This document shows, piece by piece, positions 26,514-35,968 of a stretch of DNA of 41,948 nucleotides. The notes under the pieces were generated by a model. That model saw only the letters and a list, made by a program, of their open reading frames with translations. It was not told the origin of the DNA and made no database searches. This DNA is from a virus: the IMG/VR virus record IMGVR_UViG_3300005824_000050. The stretch is one strand, 5' to 3'. Both the position numbers and the translations under genes were made by a program. Position 1 is the first letter of the stretch. Each line of letters starts with the position of its first letter.

Positions 26514-27704
26514 GTGTCCTTCGACCAACGTTTAAACGGGGCAATGCGGAACCCCCTGTTCCACCTCGGGCTCGGTATCCTCGGTGGGAAGAACCTCGGT
26601 CAAGGCGCCGCCGAAGGCGTCGACAACTACCAGAGATTCCTCAACAACGACGTGAACTACCGCGCCGCGGAAGCATCCTTCGCCGACGCTCAGCAGACTC
26701 GCGAGCGCCTCGCGTTCCTGTCGTCGCCGGAGGGGCGGCAACAGATGGAGGCCGTCGGAGTGCCGGGCTTCCTCGCGCAGTATGCTCCAGGAGCCGCCCT
26801 GGGTGTCGCTGGAGACCTCACCGTCGAGAAGTGGAAGCGCGAACACCCGGAAGCGGAGAGGCGATATGCCGAGACCGACTACGGAGTGCTCGATACCTTC
26901 ACAGGGGAAATGAAGCCCTATGGACCGACGGGGGACGGTGGGTTCATGCAGCACCCGGCGCTCAAACGGCACAACCCGGACAACTACACCCCTGCCTCCT
27001 GGGTGGCGGCGAACCGCACAGGGGACCCGGTCCAGTTGCGTCGTAACCCTCCTCAGCGCACGCCTGAGGGGCCGCCCAGCACGTCCGACAATCTGGCGTT
27101 CAGGAAGTACGCCAGCCAGCAAACCGAGTCCAGTGAAATCGTCCGCACCTCGGGCGCCCAGGTGTACGCACTCCTCCAGAATCGCGCCGCGGGTGGTCCG
27201 GAACAGTTGGCAGGTCTCATCACCTTCGCGAAGCTCCTCGACCCAGGTTCGGTGGTACGAGAAGGGGAGGTCGCGCTGCAGCGTGAGGTCGGTGGCATCC
27301 GGGCCTTCATCCAGGCGCAAGCTGACAAGCTGAAGCAGCAGGGAGGCTTGCTTGGTGTGGGGCAAAGGGAGTCCATCATCCAGGCGACTCAGCGGGTTCT
27401 GGAGATTGTCGAGTCTGAGCAGAAAGCCACCCTTGAGGAACTCGGGGGGATGGCGAAGGCCGGCGGGTATAACCCCAGAGTGGCCGTGCCGAAGGCTCGG
27501 CCGTTCCCCGTGTTCGGGGGATTCACGGGGGGCGATTCCGCTGCGACTCCGGCCGGCGGGGCTCCTGCTGCCGTCGGCCCGTCTCAGGGAAGCCCGGCGC
27601 TCGACAGCGTGATGGGCACCTATGGGGCTGACACCCCGGCCATGGACTCCTTTGGCCGCCCGGTGGCCCCTCAGGGCGACCCGATGTTCGGCGGTCGCCG
27701 CTGA
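26514..27704 (+). CDS. internal virion protein (putative)
   Basis: GAGGA RBS 8 nt before GTG. Confidence 0.6.
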   Translation: MSFDQRLNGAMRNPLFHLGLGILGGKNLGQGAAEGVDNYQRFLNNDVNYRAAEASFADAQQTRERLAFLSSPEGRQQMEAVGVPGFLAQYAPGAALGVAGDLTVEKWKREHPEAERRYAETDYGVLDTFTGEMKPYGPTGDGGFMQHPALKRHNPDNYTPASWVAANRTGDPVQLRRNPPQRTPEGPPSTSDNLAFRKYASQQTESSEIVRTSGAQVYALLQNRAAGGPEQLAGLITFAKLLDPGSVVREGEVALQREVGGIRAFIQAQADKLKQQGGLLGVGQRESIIQATQRVLEIVESEQKATLEELGGMAKAGGYNPRVAVPKARPFPVFGGFTGGDSAATPAGGAPAAVGPSQGSPALDSVMGTYGADTPAMDSFGRPVAPQGDPMFGGRR

Positions 27705-29638
27705 TGCAGTACACCCTGGAACAGCTTCAGGCCGCCCTGGCCCGCGCTCAGCAGGGTGGGGACGCTGCGGCCGCCCAGGTGCTCCAGGAAGCGATTGTCG
27801 CGGCCCAGGCACCCAAGGGTGCCGGGGAGCCTAGCTACGCCCGTGGGCTGGCCCGGGCTGCCGGCCAGGGGCTCACCCTGGGGTGGCTCGACGAGGCAGT
27901 CGGGAAACTCGTGCCGACGGTAGCTCATGCCCTGGACCCTGACCTGCCGATGGTGCCCAATGCCGAGGCCCAGGTGAGGGACCAGGAGCGGGCGGGCCTG
28001 GAGCAATTCCGGCAGGAGAACCCCGTGGCCGCCACCGCCGCCCAGGTAGGAGGCTCCGCGCTCCTGGGTGGGGGCACTGTGGCTGCGGTCAGGGGGGCCG
28101 CTCCTGGGGCCCTGAGCGCAGTCTCCAGCAATGTCCCCGCATGGTTGCAGGCTACCGGAGCCGGAGCCGGTGCAGGGGCCGCAGCGAGCGCAGGGGAGGC
28201 ACTGGAAGGCCAAGGGGCGGGGGCCGCCCTGCAGGGTGCCGGTCTAGGCGCTGTCGGCGGCACGTTGGCTCATGTGCTCCTGAACCGTCTCGGCCCGGCG
28301 ACCTTCGGGTGGCTGAAGCAGAAACTGTCCACCGCCCCGAAGCACTCCGCCCAAAGGGTGTTCAAACGGGCCCTGGAGGATGCTGGAATCTCTCCGGGGG
28401 AAGCAGACGACTTCGTTCGCGCCCTCGGCCCCGGTGGAGTCCTGGCAGACGTGCCCGAACTCCGAGGTACCTCTTTGGGGGTTTCGGCGCTTCCTGGTGC
28501 TCCCCGCAAGCTCATCGAGGCGAAGCTGAACGGGCGAGACGTTCTCCAGCAAAAGCAACTGTGGGGGATGGTTTCGGACCACCTCCAGGTGAAGGGCAAG
28601 GTGCGCCCACACATGGCCGCTCTGGCTAAGGCGCAGAAAACCGCGGCGAAAGGCAACTACGACGCTGCGTACAGTCACACTATCTCGCGGACCCCGATGC
28701 TCCGGGAGTTCATGGACGACCCCCTGGTGGCCGACGCTGTCAAGCATGCTCGCAAGCTCAGCCGCGGCCGAGGCATGAGTACCCTCGCGCTCAAGAATGG
28801 CAAGTTGAAAGAGTTCCCCAACATGGAAGGGTGGGACTGGATTCAACGTGGACTCAGGTCCAGGGCCCAGGCCGCTGCCGCGAGCGGGAAGAAGGACATC
28901 GCTCGCACCTACTGGCTGGCACGCAAGGAACTGGTGGACGAGCTTGACGCCATCAACCCGGACTTCCACACCGCTCGCCAGACCTACGCCCGTTTTGAAG
29001 CGGTGAAGGACGCTGTGGACATGGGCCAGAAAGCGCTCAAGGAGGACTCCGAGCTACTGGTGGAGTTGTTGGAGGATTACACGCACTCCGAGCGCCAGGG
29101 GTTCATGCTCGGTCTCGGCAAGACTCTCCGCGAGCAGATTCTCGGCCCCGGTGACAACAGGGACGTCACCAAGATTGCGCTCTTCCGCTCCCCCCTGGTG
29201 AGGGAGCGGTTGGTGACCGCGCTCGGGCCAGACGTCACCGACAGCATCATGGCCGACGCGTCCAGGTTCGCTGCCATGAGAACGACAAAGAACATGGTGC
29301 TCCACCGGTCGCCGACGGGGGACATCAATGCCGCGAAGGAGGCTCTCGGGATGGCGGAGAATCCACCGTTTCTCCAGAGTCTTCTTGAGGCGTCCCCAGT
29401 AAACGCGATGAAAGGCGCCGTGCGGACCATGGCCAACCAGCATGCGTCCCCCCAGACCATCGAGCAGGTGGGCCGGGCGCTGTATACCCCAGGGGTGAGC
29501 GCCCAGAGGTTTCTTCAGCCTGGGCCGATTGCACAGACAGCGTCGAAGCTCGGAGACGTCGCCAGCTTCTTCAACAACCAGTCTCCATTCCTCACCGGGG
29601 CGAGTACCGGGTTTCTCCCCCCGAAGCTTTTCGAGTAG
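27704..29638 (+). CDS. large internal virion/ejection protein (putative)
   Basis: 644 aa; TGATG coupling; last gene of the + strand block. Confidence 0.6.
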   Translation: MQYTLEQLQAALARAQQGGDAAAAQVLQEAIVAAQAPKGAGEPSYARGLARAAGQGLTLGWLDEAVGKLVPTVAHALDPDLPMVPNAEAQVRDQERAGLEQFRQENPVAATAAQVGGSALLGGGTVAAVRGAAPGALSAVSSNVPAWLQATGAGAGAGAAASAGEALEGQGAGAALQGAGLGAVGGTLAHVLLNRLGPATFGWLKQKLSTAPKHSAQRVFKRALEDAGISPGEADDFVRALGPGGVLADVPELRGTSLGVSALPGAPRKLIEAKLNGRDVLQQKQLWGMVSDHLQVKGKVRPHMAALAKAQKTAAKGNYDAAYSHTISRTPMLREFMDDPLVADAVKHARKLSRGRGMSTLALKNGKLKEFPNMEGWDWIQRGLRSRAQAAAASGKKDIARTYWLARKELVDELDAINPDFHTARQTYARFEAVKDAVDMGQKALKEDSELLVELLEDYTHSERQGFMLGLGKTLREQILGPGDNRDVTKIALFRSPLVRERLVTALGPDVTDSIMADASRFAAMRTTKNMVLHRSPTGDINAAKEALGMAENPPFLQSLLEASPVNAMKGAVRTMANQHASPQTIEQVGRALYTPGVSAQRFLQPGPIAQTASKLGDVASFFNNQSPFLTGASTGFLPPKLFE

Positions 29639-31115
29639 CTTTCCCAAGCCGGTATTCGTTGAGCGCCGCCTTCAGGCTGTCCTGGGTGGTGGCGTTTAAA
29701 CGTAGATTGATTGCCATCAGAGTATCCACGGTGTCGGGGACCATCAAGCGGTGAACTCGTATGTTGTTGCGCTGGCCCTGGCGTTCGAGTCTCGCTATCA
29801 CCTGGAGGTAGTCCTCCAGCGACCACGTCAGGCCGAAGAAGACGAGGTCTTGGCACGGGCCGTACTGGAGATTGAGACCGTGCCCGAGAGACTGAGGGTG
29901 TCCGAGGAGCAGGGGGACCTCCCCCGAGTTCCATCGGTTCTCTAAGTCGATGACCGAGTTGGTGGACAGTCGTGAGTGCATCATTTCGGCCTCAGGGAAC
30001 TTGGCCTGGATGCGTGCGACATCAGCAGGGTTAAACTGATACGCCACGAGCACCGGTTTGCCGTTGGCTTCCTCTACCACTTCTTCGAGCGCATCAAGCT
30101 TCAGGTCGTGAACCTTCTCCCAGGCGGGCTCGCCGGGGTTGAGGTACACCGCGCCGTTGCAGAACTGCCGGCACTTCATCGAACGCGCCCCGGCGTGGAA
30201 CATTTCCACGGTGTTACCGCTGTCGAGTTCGAGAAACAATTCCTCTTCCAGGCGTTCATATTGTGCCCGCAGTTTCGGGTCCAGGTTCACGTCAACATCA
30301 TTGATGACCACCTCGGGGAGTTCGAGGTAGTCGACATTCGACATCTGTATCGTTATGTCCCCCACCAGTTGCTGCACTCGCTCCTCTTGCCCGGCGCGAA
30401 TCTTGTATTTCCCCTGGTGGCCGAAGCCCTCGAAACGCAGGAAGGCGTCGCGGTATGCCGTGATGCTCTGCCCGAGTCTCCGCCCGCTGTCGATGGCGAG
30501 GTACTGCCCGAACAGGTTGTCGTAACCGTTGCTCGCGGGGGTGCCGGTGAGACCGATACGTCTGCGCAGATATGGGAGCAGCGCCTGGAGCGCGGTGTGG
30601 CGCTTGGTCCCCACATGTTTCAAGCGGGAGACCTCGTCGTACACCACAGTGGAAAACGGCAGGTATTTCCCCTTGCGTAGATAGAACGCGTCCAACTGCT
30701 CCGCGAGCCATCGCAGGTTCTCATAATTCACGAGGTACACATCTGCAGGCACCCGGTACGCCCGGTGCCTCTGGGAAGGTGTGCCGTGGATGAGGGAGAA
30801 CCTCAACCCTGAGAGGTGTTCCCACTTCTGAGCCTCTTGACGCCACACCGTTTGGCACACCCGCAGCGGGGCGATGACCAGCATCGGCCCCGTCAACATG
30901 CGGTCCCGCATTTCCACAAAAGCGGACAGCGTGATAACCGTTTTACCGAGGCCCATGTCGAGCCACAGGGCCGCCTCGGGGTGGTCAATGAGGTGCTGAA
31001 TCGCCCGGCGCTGATAGGTATGCAGCGAAGCTGGCGGAAGCTTCTCTCGTTTCACGTAGGACACGTTCGGAGTCTCCGAGGAAGTCGACCAAGGTTTCGC
31101 CCTGGTTGATATCAT
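29592..31115 (-). CDS. SNF2-family DNA helicase/translocase
   Basis: Motif I DMGLGKT, motif II VVYDEVSRLKH, motif III LTGTPASNG; start uncertain (ATG 31115 or GTG 31064). Confidence 0.85.
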   Translation of the reverse strand: MISTRAKPWSTSSETPNVSYVKREKLPPASLHTYQRRAIQHLIDHPEAALWLDMGLGKTVITLSAFVEMRDRMLTGPMLVIAPLRVCQTVWRQEAQKWEHLSGLRFSLIHGTPSQRHRAYRVPADVYLVNYENLRWLAEQLDAFYLRKGKYLPFSTVVYDEVSRLKHVGTKRHTALQALLPYLRRRIGLTGTPASNGYDNLFGQYLAIDSGRRLGQSITAYRDAFLRFEGFGHQGKYKIRAGQEERVQQLVGDITIQMSNVDYLELPEVVINDVDVNLDPKLRAQYERLEEELFLELDSGNTVEMFHAGARSMKCRQFCNGAVYLNPGEPAWEKVHDLKLDALEEVVEEANGKPVLVAYQFNPADVARIQAKFPEAEMMHSRLSTNSVIDLENRWNSGEVPLLLGHPQSLGHGLNLQYGPCQDLVFFGLTWSLEDYLQVIARLERQGQRNNIRVHRLMVPDTVDTLMAINLRLNATTQDSLKAALNEYRLGKATRKASGGETRYSPR

Positions 31116-31380
31116 CACACAGGAATACGTGGCAGCCCTGTTGGGCAAGCCGGTGCATCTCACGCATCTGCTTCGGCGTGGCTTTTTTGCCCGGGGCCTT
31201 GAACTCAATGAAGAAGATGAGCCCGTCGGGGTTGATGAAGATGCGGTCGGGGACCGACATGTGGTTCGGACTGGTGAACTTGTAGGTGAGGAAGCCTGCC
31301 TTGCGGGCGTAGTCGCACACAGCCTTCTCGACGTCGCGCTCCTTCACCCGGGAGAGTCGTTGTTCGAGTGTGTCGCTCAT
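30985..31380 (-). CDS. VRR-NUC domain nuclease
   Basis: EKAVCDYARKAGF...PDRIFI...FIEFKAPGKK...Q; ATGA overlap with the polymerase stop; the 3' ~35 codons overlap the SNF2 frame. Confidence 0.8.
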   Translation of the reverse strand: MSDTLEQRLSRVKERDVEKAVCDYARKAGFLTYKFTSPNHMSVPDRIFINPDGLIFFIEFKAPGKKATPKQMREMHRLAQQGCHVFLCDDINQGETLVDFLGDSERVLRETREASASFAAYLSAPGDSAPH

Positions 31381-33323
31381 TCTTTTCGGTACCTCTTAGA
31401 AGTGAATCCCTCGGCCCCTAGCCACAACCCGGGGGCCCACGAGGGTACAGTTGTCAGGCACTCGATGAGCGCCTGGAGGGTCGATTCTATCGTGTCGGCC
31501 TCGTCCTCAGCAACCCCCTCATCGTGGACGTGCATGCACAGCCCCAAGCCACGGTCTGTTGCGAGCCGCATGCCGTGCATCAACACATCCCGGGCGATAG
31601 CTTGCACAATGTTCTCCACAAGCTTTCCACCGTGGGTGGTCAGACGTTTCCACCTCCCGGTGTACTGGTCTTTCCCCATGTAACTGAACGACAGGCGGCC
31701 CCAGGCGTTAAGGACCACCAGGGGCTCGTAGTAACAAAGGCGCCGACCCGAGGGCAGTTCGATAAAGAGGAATTTCGGGTCACGGTAGATGCGCACCGCA
31801 TAACCCTGGAGCACTCCGCCATTGAGACCGTGTTCGGTGACTGCCATGCACCCGTCAGTGAGCCAGTCCCACAACGTGACTACCTCATGATAAGTGGACC
31901 GGAACAGGTCCACCGCGCGGTTGGCGAAGTCGTGTGTCATCTCCACCCCCATGCTGGCGGCGTACTCCACGAGACCCTTACCGCTCAGCTTGTAACCGCA
32001 ACCGAGGGTGGGTGGCTTTGCGAATTTCCTCTCAGCACCAGTGACCTCATTCTCGGGTTTCTCGAACAACACGCTGGCGAAGTCACGGTAAGCATCGCGG
32101 CCTTCGGCGAAGACTCTGTTTAAACGAGTGCAACCAGACACCCACCCGAGGAGGACGGACTCGATGGACTTGAGGTCGGCCACCGCGAGCATCTTGCCCT
32201 CGCCCGCGGTTATCCCGTTGCGTATGCCTGAGACTAGAGCCTCCATGACATTGTCGTACAGTGCCTCGACGAGGTCGCGGTCACCTCGGGAAAGTACCTC
32301 CGCGAGACCCTCGACTAGGATGCTCGGCCAGGGCAGATTGTGTGGCTGGAACACCCGGCCAGCCCACCTCCCGGTGCGGCTTGCCCCATAAAACTGGAAC
32401 AGCCCGCGCAACCGCTGGTCGTCGTTCACTGCGCGTTGAATGGCCGCCCATTTGGTGGGGGACTTCTTCGCGGTCTGCTGCCTTAGTGTCAGCACCTTGG
32501 CCGCCAGGGACGACGGGTCCAGTGAGCCCAGTGTCTCTACCACAACCTGCTTGGTGAGGTTGGGCATGTGCGCAATGCCGTTCTCCCTGCACCACCCCAG
32601 CAACTGGGGCTGGCTGTCGGGGTTCTCCAGCCCCGTGAGTACGCGCATTTCATCTTTCAGGCGGGCCAGTTCCTCGTCGTAAATCTTGACGCATGCGTCG
32701 ACCAGCGTGGTGTCGATGGGCACTCCCCGGTCATTTATGTTCTGGTCCCAGGCATACTCCCATTGCTGCGTAGCGGTCATCGGGTACGGCCGGAAGCGGG
32801 CCAGTATCTCGCGCTCTGCGACGACGTCTTGGATGTTGTAGAGCTTAAACGTCTCCCAGTCCTCGGGAGCGGTCTCAGCGGTCCAGACGGTGTCCGGATT
32901 CTTCTTGGTAGGCTTGCGGGGGGAGCAGAACTTATTGATGAGCCTCGTGCCTGACGCCAGCTTCTTGCTGTCCTGGTCAAGCCCGACCTGCTCGCCGACC
33001 TCTTTCAACCCTCCGAAAAAACCCAAGCAATACGCATGAACCTGGACGCAATGAAAGCGCTCAGGAGGCAGGTCGACGTCAAGAACATGCTTGAGGACGA
33101 GGCGCTCGAACCTTGCATTGAATGCCGCGACCTGCAGGTCCGGGTGCCTGCGTAGCAGAGTGAGCAACCCGTGAGGTATGGGCCCCACTTCCTGGGTCAC
33201 TGGTTCGAGGTCCACCGCCCATGCAGTGAGTCTCACCCGGCAACTAGGGTGGCGTACGTATATGTCCGCGCCGACCTGCCTGAGGTTGAGGTCGCAGTAG
33301 GTCTCGAAGTCTAGGTGAATCAT
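31377..33323 (-). CDS. family A DNA polymerase with 3'-5' exonuclease domain
   Basis: Exo I HLDFETY; motif A DLKSIESV; motif B FAKPPTLGCGY; motif C HVHDE; start placed at ATG 33323 because the upstream in-frame codons contain a terminator hairpin. Confidence 0.9.
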   Translation of the reverse strand: MIHLDFETYCDLNLRQVGADIYVRHPSCRVRLTAWAVDLEPVTQEVGPIPHGLLTLLRRHPDLQVAAFNARFERLVLKHVLDVDLPPERFHCVQVHAYCLGFFGGLKEVGEQVGLDQDSKKLASGTRLINKFCSPRKPTKKNPDTVWTAETAPEDWETFKLYNIQDVVAEREILARFRPYPMTATQQWEYAWDQNINDRGVPIDTTLVDACVKIYDEELARLKDEMRVLTGLENPDSQPQLLGWCRENGIAHMPNLTKQVVVETLGSLDPSSLAAKVLTLRQQTAKKSPTKWAAIQRAVNDDQRLRGLFQFYGASRTGRWAGRVFQPHNLPWPSILVEGLAEVLSRGDRDLVEALYDNVMEALVSGIRNGITAGEGKMLAVADLKSIESVLLGWVSGCTRLNRVFAEGRDAYRDFASVLFEKPENEVTGAERKFAKPPTLGCGYKLSGKGLVEYAASMGVEMTHDFANRAVDLFRSTYHEVVTLWDWLTDGCMAVTEHGLNGGVLQGYAVRIYRDPKFLFIELPSGRRLCYYEPLVVLNAWGRLSFSYMGKDQYTGRWKRLTTHGGKLVENIVQAIARDVLMHGMRLATDRGLGLCMHVHDEGVAEDEADTIESTLQALIECLTTVPSWAPGLWLGAEGFTSKRYRKE

Positions 33324-33334
33324 CCTGGGCCCCT

Positions 33335-33365
33335 GGAAAAGTGAGGGGGGCACGCAGCCCCCCTC
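33335..33365 (-). terminator. rho-independent terminator/attenuator between the SSB and polymerase genes
   Basis: On the - strand GAGGGGGG-CTGCGTG-CCCCCCTC followed by ACTTTTCC. Confidence 0.6.
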
Positions 33366-33389
33366 GTAAGCCACGCTAGGCTTGTCGCC

Positions 33390-34052
33390 TCAGGAGTTCC
33401 AGCCTCCAGGTCCAGGCACGGGTGCCGAAGGCGCCTGAGGCGGCCCCGGGGGCATTGCGCCGGCAAACGCCGGTGTCGGGGCGTGCGGGGTGGGCGACAC
33501 CGGTGGGGGAGCCCCTGCGGGGGCCGCCATTGGTGAGAACACCTCGGAGGCATCCTTGCGCCCGTCCAGGCGCTTCAGGGTCCTGTCGGCAATCTGCACT
33601 GCGTTCAGGCCGAAGCTCACCCCCTTGTTCCCGCTCGCGTCATAGGCGAACACGTTGAGGTACGCGTTCACCCCCATGCCCGGGTACACGGTGCCCGGCT
33701 CCGCCAGAGTCCTGGCGTCTTCGAGCACCACCTTCGGCGGGCTCTCGGCCTTGGCACTGGAACCCACCATGATGCGCCCGGCGAAGGCGGGGTCCGCAAC
33801 CCCGGCATCCTTCCAGGGGAGCTTGATGTTCGGCGGCTGGTTCGCCCCCCACCGGGCCGCGGTCACCTTGACCACGATTCCGTTGAGGAGGTCCCAGTCG
33901 CCCTGGTCCATGTCCGCGGGAAAGATGAAGTTCGCGGAGAACTTCGGCTCGCCACGACCGTTGACCTGTTTGGCGGCAAAGAGATGCGGGTAGCTGAGGA
34001 TGCACCCGGTGATGCTGACGGCAGTCTCGCCGACGGAGTTGACTCGTTTCAT
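33390..34052 (-). CDS. ssDNA-binding protein (DUF2815 family)
   Basis: The N-terminus ...ITGCILSYPHLFAAKQ...KFSANFIFP is typical of DUF2815; AAGGAA RBS favours ATG 34052 over 34061. Confidence 0.8.
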   Translation of the reverse strand: MKRVNSVGETAVSITGCILSYPHLFAAKQVNGRGEPKFSANFIFPADMDQGDWDLLNGIVVKVTAARWGANQPPNIKLPWKDAGVADPAFAGRIMVGSSAKAESPPKVVLEDARTLAEPGTVYPGMGVNAYLNVFAYDASGNKGVSFGLNAVQIADRTLKRLDGRKDASEVFSPMAAPAGAPPPVSPTPHAPTPAFAGAMPPGPPQAPSAPVPGPGGWNS

Positions 34053-34096
34053 GGCTCTCATTCCTTATCGTTTAAACGGGTTACTGTGGTTTCCGG

Positions 34097-35488
34097 TCAG
34101 GAGAGGAAATCCAGCGTGGGCTTCGCAGCCTCCGGCTGTTCGCCCTTGGTGTCGACCGGCGTGAACACCTCGGACGGATTGGTGATGACCTCGGGACGCG
34201 TGTCGGTGACTGGAGCTATCACCTCGGCACCGGTGCCTTTGGAAATCAGTCCACTCACCTTCTCCCAGGTTTTCTCGGAGAGTATCGGCTTCAACTGCTT
34301 CTCGGCCTGTGCCGGGCTCAGCAAGGATTCGACGAGGTAGTCCGCTTTCTTGAGCTTGCCCCCTCCGGAGGCCTTGGTCCGACTCGCACCCGAGAGTACC
34401 TGGAGCGCACCGTCGGTGCTGGACCAGGAGCGGCGCGTTTGACCCTTCACCAGCTTGAAACCCGGCACCTTGCCACCGGCTTTGATGATGGAGTGAGCGT
34501 GTTTGTGGACGGCGTCAAGCCACCCCCGGATGACGGGCTCCGCCTCCAGGATTCCCGAGAGCACCTCGGGGTCGAGAGAATCCGGGTCCCGGGTGAATGC
34601 GTCCATGTCAGGCAGCGCCAGTCGGCCCAGGTTCTCGGGAGAGGGCTCCAGGGTATCTTTGTGCCAGTTGGTGGCGGCCGGGGGCTCGTGGTTGAGTGTC
34701 TCAGCCATCTGGAATACTCCTGTCGCGGCATCAAGCGCGGTTTTCGCAAGCGCGGGGCACTGACCCTTTGCAGGGCAGAATCGGCACTGGTCCTCTCCCG
34801 GAACCAGAGGGGGGTCGGGATGTTCCAGCGCCCGGGTGGCGGCGAACGAGACACGGTCGCGAAAGTCCGCCATCTGCTCAGGCATCCACACAGCGGACCT
34901 GACCGGGTCCGCACCATGGTAGCGTGGCTGGATAACCGTGGTCTCGATTCTCTGGGCTTCGGGAGGGGTGCATTCCCGCATTCCCCCGAGACCGTACAGC
35001 AGAAGCTGGGGGTCGTCCGCGGGGACGAAAACACCGGCGCCATGTTTGTAGTCACGAACCCGCAGCACACCCCCACCGATGATGATGATGTCCGCGGTGC
35101 CGTTGCACTCGTCTCGCCTGGAAGGCTCAAACGCGGCGCCAGGGTAGACCTTGGTCTCAATCAGGAGCCGGTGTTTGTGGCCGGCTTTGGCCAGACCCTG
35201 GAGGGTCTCCGCCACGTTGTTCCTCGCCACGAGCACTGAGGCAGCGTCTTCGGCGGTGAACGTTACCTCTGTCGCCATGCCTTCAGTCTTGATAGCCCGC
35301 CCGATGAATGTGTGCGGGAGGAGGCTCCAGTCTCGAAGGCACTGGGCCAGGACGTCGTGCGCCGCCGTGCCCTGGTCGGCAGCCGCACTGGAATTGTCCT
35401 TGACGCCCTGCGAGAGGCGGACGCTGCCTGGGCAGGCCATCCACCTCTTTGCAGCGCTCGGGGCGAGGACAGCGTGACCGCCGCTCAT
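34097..35488 (-). CDS. DUF2800 PD-(D/E)xK (Cas4-like) nuclease
   Basis: N-terminal LAPSAAKRWMACPGS plus a C-terminal Cys cluster (CRFCPAKGQC). Confidence 0.8.
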   Translation of the reverse strand: MSGGHAVLAPSAAKRWMACPGSVRLSQGVKDNSSAAADQGTAAHDVLAQCLRDWSLLPHTFIGRAIKTEGMATEVTFTAEDAASVLVARNNVAETLQGLAKAGHKHRLLIETKVYPGAAFEPSRRDECNGTADIIIIGGGVLRVRDYKHGAGVFVPADDPQLLLYGLGGMRECTPPEAQRIETTVIQPRYHGADPVRSAVWMPEQMADFRDRVSFAATRALEHPDPPLVPGEDQCRFCPAKGQCPALAKTALDAATGVFQMAETLNHEPPAATNWHKDTLEPSPENLGRLALPDMDAFTRDPDSLDPEVLSGILEAEPVIRGWLDAVHKHAHSIIKAGGKVPGFKLVKGQTRRSWSSTDGALQVLSGASRTKASGGGKLKKADYLVESLLSPAQAEKQLKPILSEKTWEKVSGLISKGTGAEVIAPVTDTRPEVITNPSEVFTPVDTKGEQPEAAKPTLDFLS

Positions 35489-35883
35489 GACATGGCCACC
35501 ATGTTCTTGACCTGCTCAAGCACCTCGGCGTACTGCTCGGGCTTCAGTTCCGAAACCCGGGACACCCCGCGGGGCTGGAGCACTTCAGCGACAATCCGCT
35601 GGGGGTCCTGCATCTGGCCCGCCATCGTGGTGAGAGCACCGGTGAGCGCCTGGAGGCTCATGCCCTCATCCTGGGCCGGGCCGGGAGCGGGAGCAGCCGG
35701 ACCGGGAGCGGGAGCGGGAGCGGGAGCGGGAGCGGGAGCGGGAGCGGGAGCGGGAGCAGCCGGGCCAGGGGTAACGGTGGCCGTTCCGCCGGCCGCGACA
35801 ACATGCGGCGGGTGGAACAGGTCAATGGCTCGCTGCACGTTGGCGCAGTCTTCGGCTGAGAGCACGTTGAAGGTGATGTTCAT
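35485..35883 (-). CDS. hypothetical protein with (PA)n linker
   Basis: AAGGAA RBS before ATG 35883 (MNITFN...); internal start of track ORF 35485..35961. Confidence 0.6.
   Translation of the reverse strand: MNITFNVLSAEDCANVQRAIDLFHPPHVVAAGGTATVTPGPAAPAPAPAPAPAPAPAPAPGPAAPAPGPAQDEGMSLQALTGALTTMAGQMQDPQRIVAEVLQPRGVSRVSELKPEQYAEVLEQVKNMVAMS
35683..35757. repeat. hexanucleotide microsatellite (GGGAGC)2...(GGGAGC)9
   Basis: 9 perfect tandem units at 35704..35757 and 2 more at 35683..35694; encodes PAPAPA... on the - strand. Confidence 0.95.
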
Positions 35884-35968
35884 CGGAATTCGTTCCTTGT
35901 TGGCGGTTTGTTTCGGTTCAGGCGGGAGGAGTCTGGCACCATCCTTGGTGCCTGTCAACACCCCTGTA

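Noticed and set aside
31377-33323. The PolA plus PrimPol combination as a sign of a Z-genome (2-aminoadenine) or other base-replacement system
   Set aside because: I could not recognise PurZ, MazZ/DatZ, a deoxynucleotide-modifying enzyme, a glycosyltransferase or a methyltransferase anywhere in the genome. The polymerase type alone is not diagnostic.
35683-35757. Possible CRISPR-like array from the GGGAGC repeats
   Set aside because: The units are 6 nt, perfectly tandem and without spacers, and they lie in frame within a CDS. This is a microsatellite encoding a PA linker.
35935-35958. TTGACA at 35958..35953 (- strand) and hairpin GGCACC-N6-GGTGCC as a promoter or terminator between the SprT gene and the next gene
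   Set aside because: The best -10 at 17 nt is CAGACT, which is weak. The hairpin has only a 6-bp stem and no U tract. The evidence is not strong enough to annotate.
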